Notes: a model not told the origin generated them from the letters alone. A stretch of DNA of 64,000 nucleotides from Macrostomum lignano (GCA_002269645.1 NIVC01003000.1:62437-126436), one strand, 5' to 3'; counted from the stretch's first letter, positions 1 through 12,826 are shown. Made by a program: numbers and translations.

Positions 1-54
1 CCCCAGAGCAAAGCCACTACCAAGCACGGCCTTCTCGAGTTTATCGACCAGGAC

Positions 55-1330
55 GTGCAGCGCGCTTTCAGTGGAGCGACCCGCCCGAAAAGCGTGCTGG
101 TTCTCGCTGAGAGGTTTGTTCTTCAGCTCAACAGAGTCAAGATGGAAATTCTGCGTCAGGAGCCGAGATGGGGCCAGAGGCACAACCGGCCCCCCGGTGC
201 CCCCTGCGGGGATCGAGTCAACCCCACGGGCGAGGGAGACTCCGCCCCACTTCGACTCCTGCGCACCGCTCCGACGCCGAGCTCCGCTGCCGGCATGATG
301 CCTCCTAGCGAAGCGATCGGGCTGACTCTGGCCCAAGTCCGCTGGCAATTGGCTGCGCAGGGTGCCACTGCGACTCACGCTCCGCAAGCATCAGCTCCTA
401 GTCCTCCAGCTCCGAAAGCCATGGTCGTCGACCCGACTCCACCGGTGCCGGGACCAAGGGAGCCGACGCAAAAGGCCGAAGCTATGACTCCACCCTGGCC
501 TACGGTTTGCCGCGTGGTCGGGCCAGACTTACGTCTGGAACCGGCCTCGCCGCCTAACAGCAGCAGCACGCCACTGTCCCGGAGGACGCCCGGCCGGAGA
601 GGAGGATGCCGGTCATGCAGCGGCTCAGACCTCCGACCATGAGTTGACCGAGGACAGCTTTCCCACCTACTCGTGGAGCCAGCTCGCTGATGAACTGCGA
701 GCTGCTTGTCCAGCGGCGCTTCCCAACTCGCCGCAGCCAGCTTTCACGGAGGACGCCGCCATCCAGTTTGTCAGCACGGGAGCATCCGGGCTGGACGTCG
801 CCGGTATAGTCGGCTCAGGAGCATCCGGCCTGGACGTCGCCGGTACAGGAGCATCCGGCCTGGACGTCGCCGGTGTAGCCGGCACTGGAAGGTTCGGCCA
901 GAACGTCGCCGGTCTATTCGGCTCAGGAGCATCCGGCCTGGACGTCTCCGGTGTAGCCGGCTCGGGAGCGGACGGCCGGGGCATCATCGGCCTGATTGGC
1001 GGCCAGGCGCTGATTGACCAAGGGGCCACTTATGTCGCCGGCCTACTGGTCATGGCGGCCCAAGCCGGGGAGTGGCCCGACTTCGTGGAATGGCCGCACT
1101 GGGACCGGCTGCGTAGCCTAGCGGATGGTGAACACCAGGTCCTGATGAACAGTGCAGCCCGGCTTGCTCGTAGCGAGCTGGCACAGCCACGGCACCCGGA
1201 AGTTCTGCACGCGGTCACCGGTCTCATCATCCGCGCCATCGCAGGCCGCGCACCGGTGATGCCGGACATTATTGCTAGGTCCTGTGGAAATCAGAAAAAA
1301 ACAATTAACAGCAACTCGCATGACAATTGA
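55..1330 (+). CDS. Unidentified GC-rich ORF pair (55-642 and 644-1330, adjacent in different frames), probably TE-derived and cut by the window edge
   Basis: Frame 1 is open from base 1 to 642 and frame 2 from 644 to 1330. Pro/Ala/Gly-rich, with an internal GASGLDVAG peptide repeat. No domain recognised. Confidence 0.3.
779..975 (+). repeat. Coding tandem repeat GGAGCATCCGGCCTGGACGTCGCCGGT (GASGLDVAG), 4 clear plus 1-2 degenerate copies
   Basis: Seen directly. Frame-preserving copies are separated by variable spacers. Confidence 0.85.
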
Positions 1331-1849
1331 ATTCAAGACATTGCCCAGGGTGCTCCCAACTCCCGAGCCTTCGGCTCAGCCGGGCACCGGCATGTCAAAG
1401 GGCCCCTTTTGCTCACTTGCATTTGTTCTCGGTGCTGTATTTAGGCGCCTGTTTTCTGCGGGCTGGCGCCCCCGCTTCTATTTAGGGCTTCATTACGGCC
1501 TTCGCCCAGCTGAAATTGTCATAAAAACGGTTGCGGCGGATTCCGTTGCTCCCTTTTGCGCCGTTTGTCAGCGCCCCTTTCTCTTGCTCCACACTTACTT
1601 AGGCCTCTGCTCATTGTTCAACGGCAATCCACCATGTTTAGGCGCTACTTTCTCAGGGCTGGCGCCCCCTCCCATGTTCTAATACTCAAGGGCTGCAAGG
1701 GCCTTGGCCAAGCCATTGCGTCATTGTGACAATACCATATTTTTGCCAAAGACCCATCTCTTTCTTTTATCAAATTAAATTTTACTACTCGTATTTAGCT
1801 ATTTTATTAAATAAAGCGCGCTTCGCTTTCACTCCGCCTCTTCATTTGA

Positions 1850-2694
1850 ACGGGGAGAGTGTAGTCACACCTTTACCCGGGTCGACCAAGAAATGCTGGA
1901 GTTCATGGAGGAAACCATCAACACGAACCCGAGTATGACTTTAGCCGAGTTGAAAACTGGATTGCACGCTCGATATCCTGACAAGCATGATGTCTCCATC
2001 GCAACAATAGGTCGACACCTCGACGAGCTGTTGTAGACAACGAAGCTTGTGAGAGAGTTGCCAGTAGAGAGAAATTCGCTGGCGAATCTGGAACAGCATC
2101 GTGCCTACTGTGAGTGGTGGTGCAGTCCGGCTGTAGTCAACAACCCAAAGGTCTATGTGGAAGAGTTCGGCTTCAATTGTTGGACACGACGCACGCAAGG
2201 ACGCGCTCCTCAAGGCCAGAGGGCGTACAGACTCGTCGCAGGTTCAAAGGGTCCTCGTTTGTCGGTTTGCTGCTCTATATCTCCAGGGGTTGGAGTAATG
2301 CACTTTCAAACTTACCTGACTGGCATGACGAAAGAGCGTTTTGGTGAATTTCTCAACATCAGGCCGGCAAAATCCAAGCTGCGTTCAATGTGCCAGCATA
2401 GATTATTTACGACAATGTGAGCAGTCACAACGATGGTGAAGACCAAGAAGTCGCCGGAGTTGTCCAAATACTACGCCTGTCACCTTACAGTCCGTTCTTG
2501 ACGCTAGTCGAGAATGCAATTTCTGCCTGGAAAGCTGCCATCAAGGCCGAGCTCACGAGAAACATGGACGCTTTCCTGAATCCGGACCAGGCGACATTGG
2601 CTGGACGAAGCAAGGCTACCTACCGGCGTGACCTTCTGGAGGCTGTCACAAAGTCAAAGCTGTAAAAGAAAGTAAATACATTGAATGTTCACTG
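1850..2694 (+). pseudogene. IS630/Tc1/mariner (DDE_3-type) transposase remnant with a probable right end CACTG|TA
   Basis: Frameshifted HTH region (NTNPSMTLAELK...VSIATIGRHL), VYVEE(D1 site)xGFN, IIYDNV (D2) and LSPYSPFLTLVENA (E). There is an in-frame stop near 2035. CACTG at 2690-2694 is followed by TA, as for Tc1-type CAGTG ends. No left TIR found. Confidence 0.85.
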
Positions 2695-2759
2695 TAACAG
2701 GTTTGGAGTGTCCCAAAAGAATGACAGAATTCAGGAAAGAAAATTATTTGTCTATAATT

Positions 2760-3130
2760 ACTTATCTTAATCGATTGAAAAGTGTCGGAATTGAATTTGC
2801 GGAATGGAAATTCCAACCAGAAAAACCATAATGCGCAGGCTCTTTTTACCCCACTTGGCGGAATTGGTTGGCAATTGTTAGAACTGATTGACTTTTTGTC
2901 GAAAGTGTATGCAAAGTTTTGATTTTGAATCGCAGTTTGTCGCAACTGGTTGAAAACGGATGCCTCACTTGACGGAATTGGTTTGAAGTTGTTGGAACTG
3001 ATTGAATTTTTGTAGGAAATGTATGCGAATTTTCAAATTTGTATCACTGTTAGTCTAAACTGGTTCAAAATCTAAGCTGTCACAACCAAAAAGTGTCGGA
3101 ATCGGAAGCCAGAAAATTAAAATCGGTTGC
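2760..3130. repeat. Degenerate short repeats (AAAAGTGTCGGAAT / CGGAATTGGTT...GAACTGATTGA), possibly subterminal repeats of a DNA transposon
   Basis: GCGGAATTGGTTGGCAATTGTTAGAACTGATTGA (~2858) recurs as ACGGAATTGGTTTGAAGTTGTTGGAACTGATTGA (~2972). AAAAGTGTCGGAAT occurs at ~2778 and ~3089. Confidence 0.45.
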
Positions 3131-3403
3131 AGATAGTTCAAAACTGAAAGTGAAAAGGTGTAACGCATTTCAGGTGCGTGCTACCATTGCTACTAAAAAC
3201 TTTCCGCCTTCTAAGATCCCATCTGAAAATGCACTAAGATAGGGCTAGTAGGCAGCACCTTAAGGACAGGATCTTTTTTGATCCTCTGATGAACCTTATT
3301 GCGCTAGGAATATCTCTGCAGCCAGCATACGAGCTACTTGTGAACTGTTTGTATTTAAATTGGTACATATGAGCCCCAGTTCGTCCCACTCTGGCATGAT
3401 CAC

Positions 3404-4060
3404 TGTTTCGATCTACTCAATGCTTTGCGGTTTGAAAATCAGCCCATAATTCTAGGAATGGATTCAACAAGTGCACCAATTCCACGCATCCAGGGATATC
3501 TGCAGAAAGATTTATACTACCACGCATTGGTCTTGGGGAAGGAATCTCCTGTTTCAGTGCTTGAGCTATTGTCCTCATCTCAGACTGCTACGACTTTGAA
3601 GTTCATCATTGACCTATGGGTTACGCGTGCCGGGATGTCCATTTCGGGCTTGCACTTTGATCAAGTTGTAATTGACTACAATATTCCGACGCTGCAAGCG
3701 TCCTTGCTGGATTCAACGGCGCTAGCATTTTCGGATATTTGCAATCTGACTCTAAGTCTGACTTTAACAGTCGGAAGTCACATGTCCATAAATTTTGCTA
3801 TTGGTCTGAGTATTCCAACTGCCAAAGTAAAATCGTTAGAACATTGAAGTAGGCCTTTTTATCATTTGTTCGTTCAAATAGCATTCACCAGGCCGGGATT
3901 GTGCTGGAAAGCTTTTTTCGCATCTTTTTGGAGCCACTTTCGAATTCCATATTATAAGCTCATCGTGTTCTTCAAGAAGCTGAAAAAGATGACATCAGCG
4001 ATACCTATGCAGAACTAACAAGTGACCTGCTGTACCATCGTCCTGACAGTAAAGAAAATC
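3404..4060 (+). pseudogene. MULE-like (NOF-FB-type) transposase remnant
   Basis: IILGMDST...LYYHALVL...PVLELLSSSQTATTLKFIIDLW...QVVIDYN resembles the D...YY.LV...PV.E.LS..H/QT.....F...VV.D pattern of NOF/MULE DDE domains. Interrupted by stops. Confidence 0.4.
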
Positions 4061-4755
4061 GGCATTGTTTGAAGTAATGACTATTTCTACATGAAGATCG
4101 CCACTTTCGCCAATTATCCTACTATGACGATGTCAGTTTCTTTCATGCTTCTTTCTTATTTTGTGTCGTACATATACAGCATAATATTTATCATCTCTTT
4201 CTACGAGCTACATTAGACTTAAATATTTTACTTTATTATTTAGCGTTGACGTATTTTTGCAATACAGTATAATTCATAGAAATATTTAACAGTATATAAA
4301 ACGTATTACAATCTATTTACTCTCATTTCCTCTCTTTCCTTCACATCGTTTCGTTCCTATACTACTACCCTTGTGCCATCTTTTATATTAAGAGTAGTAT
4401 CAATATATATCAAGAGTGGTTTAAGAGACAATCAGGCGGCTGCTGCTGCTTCTGCGGCCGGCCTCGGAGATTCTGCATAGACATTCTCCTCGTTTCAGTT
4501 CGTTATTGAAATGTATCCCACTTTGCCTGTACGCCTTTTCTATCTCACCAGTGCTTTGCTAGCGGAGATTCTCACTATAAGTAACCTCCGCTGCCATAGA
4601 CAAAAAATTGACGAAAGATAAATTTACACTTTGTAAAAACTTTAAAACTTTGTAGACTTAAACACTGACACTGAGAAGCGTATCAACAAACTATAGTTTA
4701 TTAGTCACTCGTAAAGAAAGATGTTATTATATAGTCAATCGTATCTACCTCAGGA

Positions 4756-5500
4756 TTACTTAGAAGTATTGATGGTAGTTGGAACACGGCTCTCAGGGCG
4801 GTGGGCAACGTATGCCTTGTACATTGATACGACACATCGGTCAGGATTCTCGCACGGATAGATCCGTGTAGTCTTGGGCTTCGTGTATGCTTTGCGAAGT
4901 CCGATCTTGCTATTCTTGGATGTTGTTTCGGTGTAAACTAGCACCTCATCACTTCCGATGGTCACTAGTTTAAGCTGGGATCTCTCACCATACAATAGAT
5001 CACGATGTTCTTGGCAGGCTCGGAAGGAAAAGTGCAATCAAAGATGATAAACCAACGTATTGACGAGCTGGGTAGGATCCGACAGTCCAAACTTACCCTC
5101 TTGCCACATTGCGTTCTCCTCTTCCTTGCTGATGGTACGAGTACGCTTAGGACTCACGTGGAATCCTTCCTTGGCGGACAGCTTCATCGCTGCATCGATG
5201 CACTGGAACGTTCTCGAAAAAGCCGGGTCCGTTAGTATTGACAATTTTTCCGTAGAAGTTTTGAAGTTTAAACTGTATGTCGGAGACAAAGCGCTTGATT
5301 GTAGCAGGCGGGTAGTGATCACAGTTGCCTTTACGCAGTTCGAAAAGGAAATCTTGTAGTACATAGTCCCACTCATCCTTCGTCCCGTGCTCCATCTCTT
5401 TCAGAACTTTCTGGTTGTATCTAATCGCACCGTCCAGGCCTCGTACCATGTTAGAAATTTTCCGAAGTTTCAGTTGACTCGCTTCAGCGTCAGAGGTATG
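4756..5500 (-). pseudogene. Crypton tyrosine-recombinase (DUF3504-type) remnant, frameshifted and C-terminally truncated
   Basis: LQDFLFELRKGNCDHYPPATIK, DPAFSRTFQCIDAAMK, ISKEEENAMWQEGKFGLSDPTQLVNTLVY, HFSFRACQEHRDL, VYTETTSKN and PDRCVVSMYKAYVAHRP are spread over three frames. Confidence 0.85.
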
Positions 5501-6560
5501 CGCGATTGAATGAATGCCTCAATAGCCGCATCAGTACAAGATATGTACTATAGTAGAAGATAGTGCTTGTACTTTCAATGTCCCTTAACTCTGCAGGTGT
5601 CACACCAGCACCACAAATGGCGTCTACGTCAGCAGCGGTAAACTCTTGGAGTTCATCCATTGACAACTCGTTTGTGTGGCAGGATAAAATGAATCGGTGA
5701 AAGACGAGTGTACGCACTTGAAAATTAACGCCTACAGGGAGCAGAGAATACTCATAATCTCCGCGAATCTAGTCAATATTCTCGGCTCCTTGTATTCGTG
5801 GGATACATTATTTTATCTATGTACGAGCGTATCATCTGCTTCACTGTTTAAAATTAGCTCGTATATTCTCTTAATCACAACCGTTAGAGCAAACTATTCA
5901 CTATAAACTATAAAGATGACGCAACAATTTTCTTTTTTTAGCACACAGAAAGTGCTGGTGAATTGTTCTTAAAACTGGCGCAACAGAGTAAAGTCGCTGT
6001 GGAACGGTGTCATTGAATAAACAGTCTAATAAACATGGAATAAACAGTCTGCAATGATCTACAATAAACAGCATGCAATGGACGCATGAAATAAAAGTGT
6101 ACACAGCAAGGCCTCCACTTTTTTCATTCACCGCCATGTCTTGTCGCACCGGAACTCATAAACCTGCCTTTGTGCCTGTCATTAAATGTGCAAGTTGCAC
6201 AGTAAAAGAATTGTTTCTGCTGTGACAACAATCAAAATTTCAGTCCGAAATTAGACCATAACCGTTATAAGAGCATTTCGAATTTCTACTGCAAGTTTAT
6301 GTCGGCAGTTTTAAGCATAAAGCTTTCCAGTAAAACATGATTACTATTATTTCTGCTTTTCATCCGCTACTTTCTCAGCATAATTTCCACTGTTATGATC
6401 CTCTTTTAATTCCATATCGATTCTGCATTTCGATTCAGCTAAACCGATTTTTTTTTCTTGGGAATTTTAATTTGGACAAAACTGGGTACATCTTTTTGTG
6501 TAAAAGTCTGAGTGAGTAAGAGAAAGTGACACTAAAAGTTTACACATTCTAACGGTACAC

Positions 6561-8334
6561 TTACGAGCAGTCGGAGCAAAAATAACGGGTGTCATGCACT
6601 TCGCGTGCCGTGTGCGATCTGCAAAGACCTTCGTCACAGACATAGCTCCGTCGTGTTGTACTTAGCAGGTTTTTCTCTTCCTTGCTTTTGTGTCGGGCAC
6701 ACATCCCGCAGCGCTTTCGTCCACCGGTGGAAACCTTGGCCGCTGCCTCGCGAGCGAAAGTTTTAAACTCTCGTCGCTCACAGAGCATTCGGCGAGCTGG
6801 AACATCAATCGCTGATTTTTTTTTCATGTTTCGAAGCAAATTTTGCGAATTAGAACCACGCTTGATCAACGGCCGGAGCAGTTGGTCTGCCGCACAGCGT
6901 TGAAACTCGTTTCGCATATTAGTCCGGCGAAGGTCAGGATGCAGGAATCGCCAAATCGCCAAGGCGTTCACAGCGGCGATGTTTACGATGGCACCAGAAA
7001 AAAATTGCTTTTTCACCAGAGTCAGAGATCCGCTCGCTGTCGGAAGTGCGAAACATTCGGTTTCACACATCGGTACCACATTTAGTCTTATTGTAATAAA
7101 CGCCAATTGCCTCTGGCTTGCCGTTGGGAAGAACCCGTGCATCGTGATGCATTGTAGAAAGCATCAGTACATTACGACCAACTTTCGGGCAATAGGAAAT
7201 ACATGTCAGCTCTTCTGAGAATCTGAACTCTGTTGAATGAGGAGCTTTCGATCGAATCGGATCTGTTAGAGAAGTTGGGAGCCCGCGTCGGTTTCGCATC
7301 ACTGTTCCCACGAAATTAGTCTTCATCTTGTGGTACAGAAACTTAGCAAGAGCTGGGTTTGAAAAAAAATGGTCACATGTAACGTTGTACCAGTTACCTC
7401 GGAATTCGTTGACAAGACGGCAGACAACTTGTTCACTGCTCCAAACTTCTGCGCCGGTTGCTGCTAGAGCTTCAAAATCGTTTGTCACGTGGGACGTCAG
7501 AAGTTTACCCTTTCCTGTGCACACTTCTGCGTTGAAAACGTACCGAATGTCTTCTGAGCCCTCAACTACAGGGTTGCCGGTCGAAGTCAAAAGAAAGAGC
7601 TTAGCACCATAGCGACATGATTTTTCCTTCAGAAACGTTGTGAAGTCACAGTCCACTTCCCAGTAAACTACTAGAGTCTCATCAACGCAAAGATAGGGCC
7701 CAGGGAGTACTGGAACCCGCAGGTGAGACACGAAAGAGTCCCACAGTCTCCTGACTCCATGCATACTGTCGTAGCCGCAGTTCGCATCCGGTTTTCGGCC
7801 ATGTCGAAGCGTAAATTGCACCAAATCATTTCGAATCGATCCCTGCTAAAAGCACACTGTAGCAAAGGATGGCATCCACATTTACGTCCGTGCTCCATAA
7901 ATCGTGGACCGAAACATTACGGAGGTTGTTGCAACCGTAGTAGAAAAAACGCCTATGATTCCTTCTATTTCGATCCTGTCTACTAGTTCAAAACTGTCCT
8001 CACGGCTCTCCCGAAGATTTTCGTTCGTCGCATTCACAATGGTGTCGAGCATCCCCGAATCAAAGAAGCCCATCACAACGTCGCGTTCCGTTTGACCGAT
8101 TGTTTGTCAGTTGATTGAAGGGTTCAATTCGTCTCTCAGACGAGGCACCTTGTCGCTTGGCCACTTTCTTGACCTTGGAGGCATTTTAGTCCAATCGATG
8201 GTCTCTGCACGCACCGGAAAAATGGCCCTTCGCTGAACAGAGTTTTCAGGATCCGGGATGAATTCATCATCGGACGGAATATAATTGTCGCTGGCGTCAG
8301 CCATTGAGTAGTTGTTAAATAGAAATATAGCCAA
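6561..8334 (-). pseudogene. piggyBac transposase, decayed (frameshifts and stops), with C-terminal Cys-rich domain
   Basis: Acidic N-terminus (SDDEFIPD), FSRDRFEMI, LCVDETLV, RYGAKLF, VTCDHFF, FVGTVMRNR, LSTMHHD, YYNKTKCGTDV and C-terminal CGMC...CDEGLC..H...C..C. TIRs not identified. Confidence 0.9.
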
Positions 8335-8619
8335 ATGCGTCCTTTAGTCCAGGTTGCTCAGTAAGCAATGTTATTTTACTAGAAGGCAGAGTAGACGAGC
8401 TAAAACTTGAATCTGCTATACACTGAAAGTCTTGCAAAATCTTACTTAGGGCAGAGGTATCCTCAGCAGTGGCAGGGTGACTTAAAAAATTGCAAGTTAA
8501 AGTCACTCTTTAGATTCCATCGTCCTCCTCTGGCCACCAGCGTTTATCGTCTATGGCGCGAATTCTGCCCTTCATTCAAGACAGTAAACGAATTTTGCAG
8601 ATAAGTGGGAGGTATCTCT

Positions 8620-9615
8620 TGCTGTCTATGGTAAAAAGCCGTCCAAAAGGATTCAAGCCGTCGTTTCAGTTCATTTCAGTCCTCAACAGCCAGTCTATAT
8701 TAGTGTTATGGGTAGGCTAAAGCGCAGACGCACAACGCGGTTTCACGTCCACAGAAACTGTCTATGGTTGAAAAAGCTTTAGCTATATGCTTAGTGGCGG
8801 TTTCGCAGTCCGCGGAGACTGTCTATGGTTGAAACCCAAATAGAGTTTTAGGCATTCTTCTCCTGGTGGGTGGGAGAGAAAAATAAGATTTAAACAGCTT
8901 TAAAGGTTCGGAATTAGCCATGTTTCACTGGGAATCAATACTAGAGGAAGATATTAGCGGTTTAGAAATGAATGAGACTGTGTTTCTGCAGCAACTTGGA
9001 CATCGTGATCCTGGTGAAGAAGTTAGTCAGTGGACTGGTCTGAGCGTAAGACAGCAGCAGTCGATTGACGCAGAATTGTCTAATTTAAGCACATTCAACA
9101 TTACACCACGCTAGACAGATGTGTCGTGGATTGCAGTTTCTAACTACGACCATGTATTTGAGGTAACTATTGATGAACTATCCAACCACATCTCATTCTG
9201 TGTTCCCAAACGTTATTTACTGAATTCTTTCGTTTATTTCGTGTTTCATTCATGTTGTGTTTGCTCTCGCAGTGAAATATACTGAGATGAAAAGTTATCC
9301 AATTTTACCCATGCTTAAATCAGTCGTGAGCAGATTTGCTTCGACCATAGACAGTGACGGCGGACAAATGTAGAGCGTTTCAATCGCATTTCAACCCAGG
9401 CAGTCTACCCATAATGCGAATTACGTTTTTAAAGTGCAAAGAGACAGCGATAAGTGAAGTAAGCGAGGTAATATACCTTTTTGCAATCAATTTCGTCGTT
9501 TTTGCGTTCAATTTCGGCGCGAGCGCTAGTGTGCAGTCCAAACAACTGAGCCATAGACACTGGGAAACTTTTGCGTTCAAATTCGGCCTTTTTGCGTCCT
9601 ATTTCGCCTATTTTT
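8620..9615. repeat. Cluster of CTGTCTATGG / CCATAGAC motifs and TTTTGCGT repeats; likely end(s) of an unclassified non-autonomous DNA element
   Basis: CTGTCTATGG at ~8623, ~8758 and ~8819. Inverted CCATAGACAG/CAC at ~9345 and ~9553. The 8819-8833 copy matches the reverse complement of 9340-9354 at 14/15. TTTTGCGT occurs four times in 9500-9620. Confidence 0.4.
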
Positions 9616-10215
9616 GCGTTGGCCCACCTTTCCCTGTGCTTAGAAGCCACCCACTGGTTGATCCGAGTGGTGACAACGGCGATGGGGATGGGGGCCACGG
9701 GCAGGGGACCATTGAAAGAACCGGTCGAGCCAGCCTTGGCCAGGCGATCGGCCAGCTCGTTGCCGGGGTGGCCCGAATGCCCGGGGATCCACCTTAGGGA
9801 CACCTTGTTGGAGGCGCCTAAGCGGTTGAGCTGCCCGATGCAGTCAAGGACTGTATGCGAGCAGGTGGTAGTGCGCTCAAGGGCGTGAATCGCCGCTTGA
9901 CTGTCCGAGTGGAGGGTAATTTCCTTCCCCCAGACGCGCTGGTTGTACAGCTCCATGGCGCAGGAGCTGATGGCGAGTACTTCGTTCTGGAAGACGGTGG
10001 AGCAGGTGCCGGTGTGTTGGGAGAAGGTCGCCACAGTTCTCCCTCCAGACACGATGCAGTAGCCGTATCCAGAGGCGGAGTTGATTTGGGACCCGTCAGT
10101 GAAGCAGTGGATTTCATGGGGTTTCCAGTTGTCTCTCGCTTCATGGCGTGGTGGAATGCTGGTTTTGAAATTGAGCGGGGGACAGAGCGTGGACGGGATT
10201 CCGTCCGAGAGGGTC
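9615..10215 (-). mobile_element. LINE A (Loa/R1/I-group non-LTR retrotransposon), RNase H segment; 3' end missing
   Basis: IHCFTDGS...TVFQNEVLAI...LHSDSQAA...RWIPGHSGHPGNELADRLAK. Aligns by eye with the RNase H of the 34992-38411 ORF. Homology stops at RWAN (~9617). Confidence 0.92.
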
Positions 10216-10369
10216 CCCGCTGGAAAATGGTGCCTCAGCGCAAGCGTGATTTTGGCGTTTTTTAAGCAGAGAAGGCGAGTTTTGGGTGTGCAGAGCGTGC
10301 TTTGGGCTGGCTGAGTGTCAGTTAGGCGTAAAATTGGGGTAGTGGGTGGGGGGAGAGAAAAACGCCAAA

Positions 10370-10630
10370 CCCGCTTAACCAGCTAATAAACGCCTGGGCA
10401 ACTTAGGCAGCTAATTTTACGCGCAACCAGCTGGAAAGACGCCTAGGCAGCTAAGTTTACGGCCATGTAGGAAAGTACGCTTGGGCCGCCGAAATTACGC
10501 TCTGCCCGCCCAAATGACGCTTTGGCTGCTCTGACAGCCAATTTTACGCTCAACCAACTGAAGTGACGCTTAGACAGCTAAGCTTACGCCCAACCAGTTG
10601 GAATGACGCCTAGCCAGCTAAGTTTACGCC
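10370..10630. repeat. Left subterminal repeat array of the EnSpm element (CAGCTAAG(C/T)TTACGC-like)
   Basis: Multiple copies of CAGCTAA.TTTACGC / GACGC. The right array holds the inverse (GCGTAAGCTTAGC at ~19011). Confidence 0.75.
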
Positions 10631-12826
10631 AACGGGATCATGCAAAGTACCGTCGCGCGCTGGTCGCCGCCGTCGCTGAATTCAACGGCCGCGCGGCCGC
10701 CGCGCGCGTGGCAGTGACATGAATAATTTCTCGACGTCATCCCGCCGCCCCGCACGGTCAGCAGTCGGCTGACGGCCAGCCGCAAGGATGCGGCTAATAT
10801 CGCAGCCAGATACAAGGAGCTAGTAGGGGAGATCACGAGCGCGATTGAAAATTTCATGGCTCCATATTCGGTGTCAATATTGTTACAGTATTAGCTTGCA
10901 TGGTTGACTTTGCCAGGAAGCTGCACATTTATTAGCAACATGTTGCCGCTGTATTATCACTGCGGTAGATTATACCCTTTCTGACACCTTGTATTACGTT
11001 CTGAAACGCAACAATACAATTGAAAGTAATAATTAAAGTAGACTTTTTGATGGAATACAGTAATTCTGTTGGCAAAAGACCGGAAGCAAATGTTTTATTT
11101 GGAATTTAACTGCCGTCGAAGGCCCACTTTAAAAGACCAATGATGACTAATTATGAAATGTATTTCAATTGCGCAACTTGTTGAAAACATCTATTATAGA
11201 CATGAATGAACTGAGCGAGCACCCAACGTGTGTCTACAATTAACGACAATTGCGTTATCTTGCTCGAGTGGAATAGGCACAGATTCAAATTGCATTGTAT
11301 TTTTCGCTCAGATCATGCCCAAAGAAGAGTAGTGCTGCACTTCTGTGATCTGCACTTACATTTAACTGGCTGGCATAACAGGCCTCTGCCTAAACCGGAG
11401 CTCTCTAATACTAAAAGTATTTTAGTCAATACTTGGAATGACTGGACCAACTTTTGTGTTTAGTAGTCGTTTATTTGTTGCCTAATTGTTGTGGCTTTGT
11501 GCAATGTTAAAATAAGTATAGGAGATTAGTAAGAGTAATCTGTTAAATGTTTCTTCATCTTTCATTGTAGGCAGCTTTCTAGCTGTACACTTTTTTGGCT
11601 TGTACTTAATTAATTATATGACCTATGTATCATTTGTGTGGCAAAATTCTTGATTTTTGCCTTTGGCATGTATATATAAATAAGAATTTGTTGCCAATTA
11701 AAGTATATGACTAGACCTATTTACAAGTCGCATCTGATAAGATTTTTAGGCTGAGAAGGCCTAAGCTTGAGAGTTCATGTGTTTTGATTCATTATATTGA
11801 TGTATTTAAACTGTCTTTAGACACATAATTTAGAGCTTTTTTTCTAGAAATCAATCAGTGTGAAATTGTGAAAATATGCATATATGATGTGATATGAATT
11901 TTGTATATAATATTTCATTTTTATTGGTTATTAATAGAAAGTCTACATTGCTTTTTTGTCATTTTAGGCACTATCAAGCTGAAAAAATGATTTCTTGCTA
12001 GCTACTATCATTCCTAGCTATCTTTTTTTAAAGATACAATCATGTCAAAACAGCTGAAACAATTTCTTGCATCTCATTTTGAATATCATACGAAAAGGGA
12101 AAACAAGATCTTGAAATAAATAAGTGTAGATCTCAAGCTTTCAATTCAAGATCTTAAGTCTAGGTTTCTTAATATGCCTAGGAATAATTATTAATATGCA
12201 TATTTAGGCGTAATAGGAAATTTTAATTAATATAATTTAATATAAAGTCGTATAGTATAGTAATGATACCATACAAAAAATGGACTATTGCCTTTAATGT
12301 CCAAGAACATTTGTTTAAAAAAATATCCATACTTGGCTAGCTTAATTTATAGACTTCTGCATACATAAATCCAAGAAATAGCTTGATTTACAACTGTCCA
12401 TTTAATGCATAAAAAAAGTAAGAATATAACCTATGACACATTTTCATGATTGGTACTACTAACAAGAATAATGTTGCAAATTCCTTCCACTTCTATATCA
12501 ATTTGCTTCAAAAGTTTTTGCTTCTCAAAGTATTTATTTTTAATTTCTTCTTTTAATGTCCCTTTCTCCTTCCTTCTGTTTAAGGTAGCAACATTAGTAA
12601 ACTCAAATGAAATAGACCTTGAACATGAGGACATTAGAGGAGACTGTTGCTTCCACTTCTAGTTCTAGTTATGGCAGCATTGCCAGATTGCCAGTTTCAA
12701 TATTGGACAACAGCCTCTTGTGGTTGCAGCATTATATATATAGACTAAGCAATGGCAAGATCCTCTAAATGCAGCAAAAGACAGGCAGACAGATAATGCG
12801 ATGCGACCACCCAAAAACCCACAGCC

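Noticed and set aside
3262-3325. Possible type III hammerhead ribozyme (AGGATC/GATCCT stem followed by CTGATGA)
   Set aside because: No GAAA after stem II and no UH cleavage triplet before stem I.
6100-8900. TTAA-CC/GG-TTAA termini for the minus-strand piggyBac
   Set aside because: No convincing TIR pair was found; the ends appear eroded or replaced.
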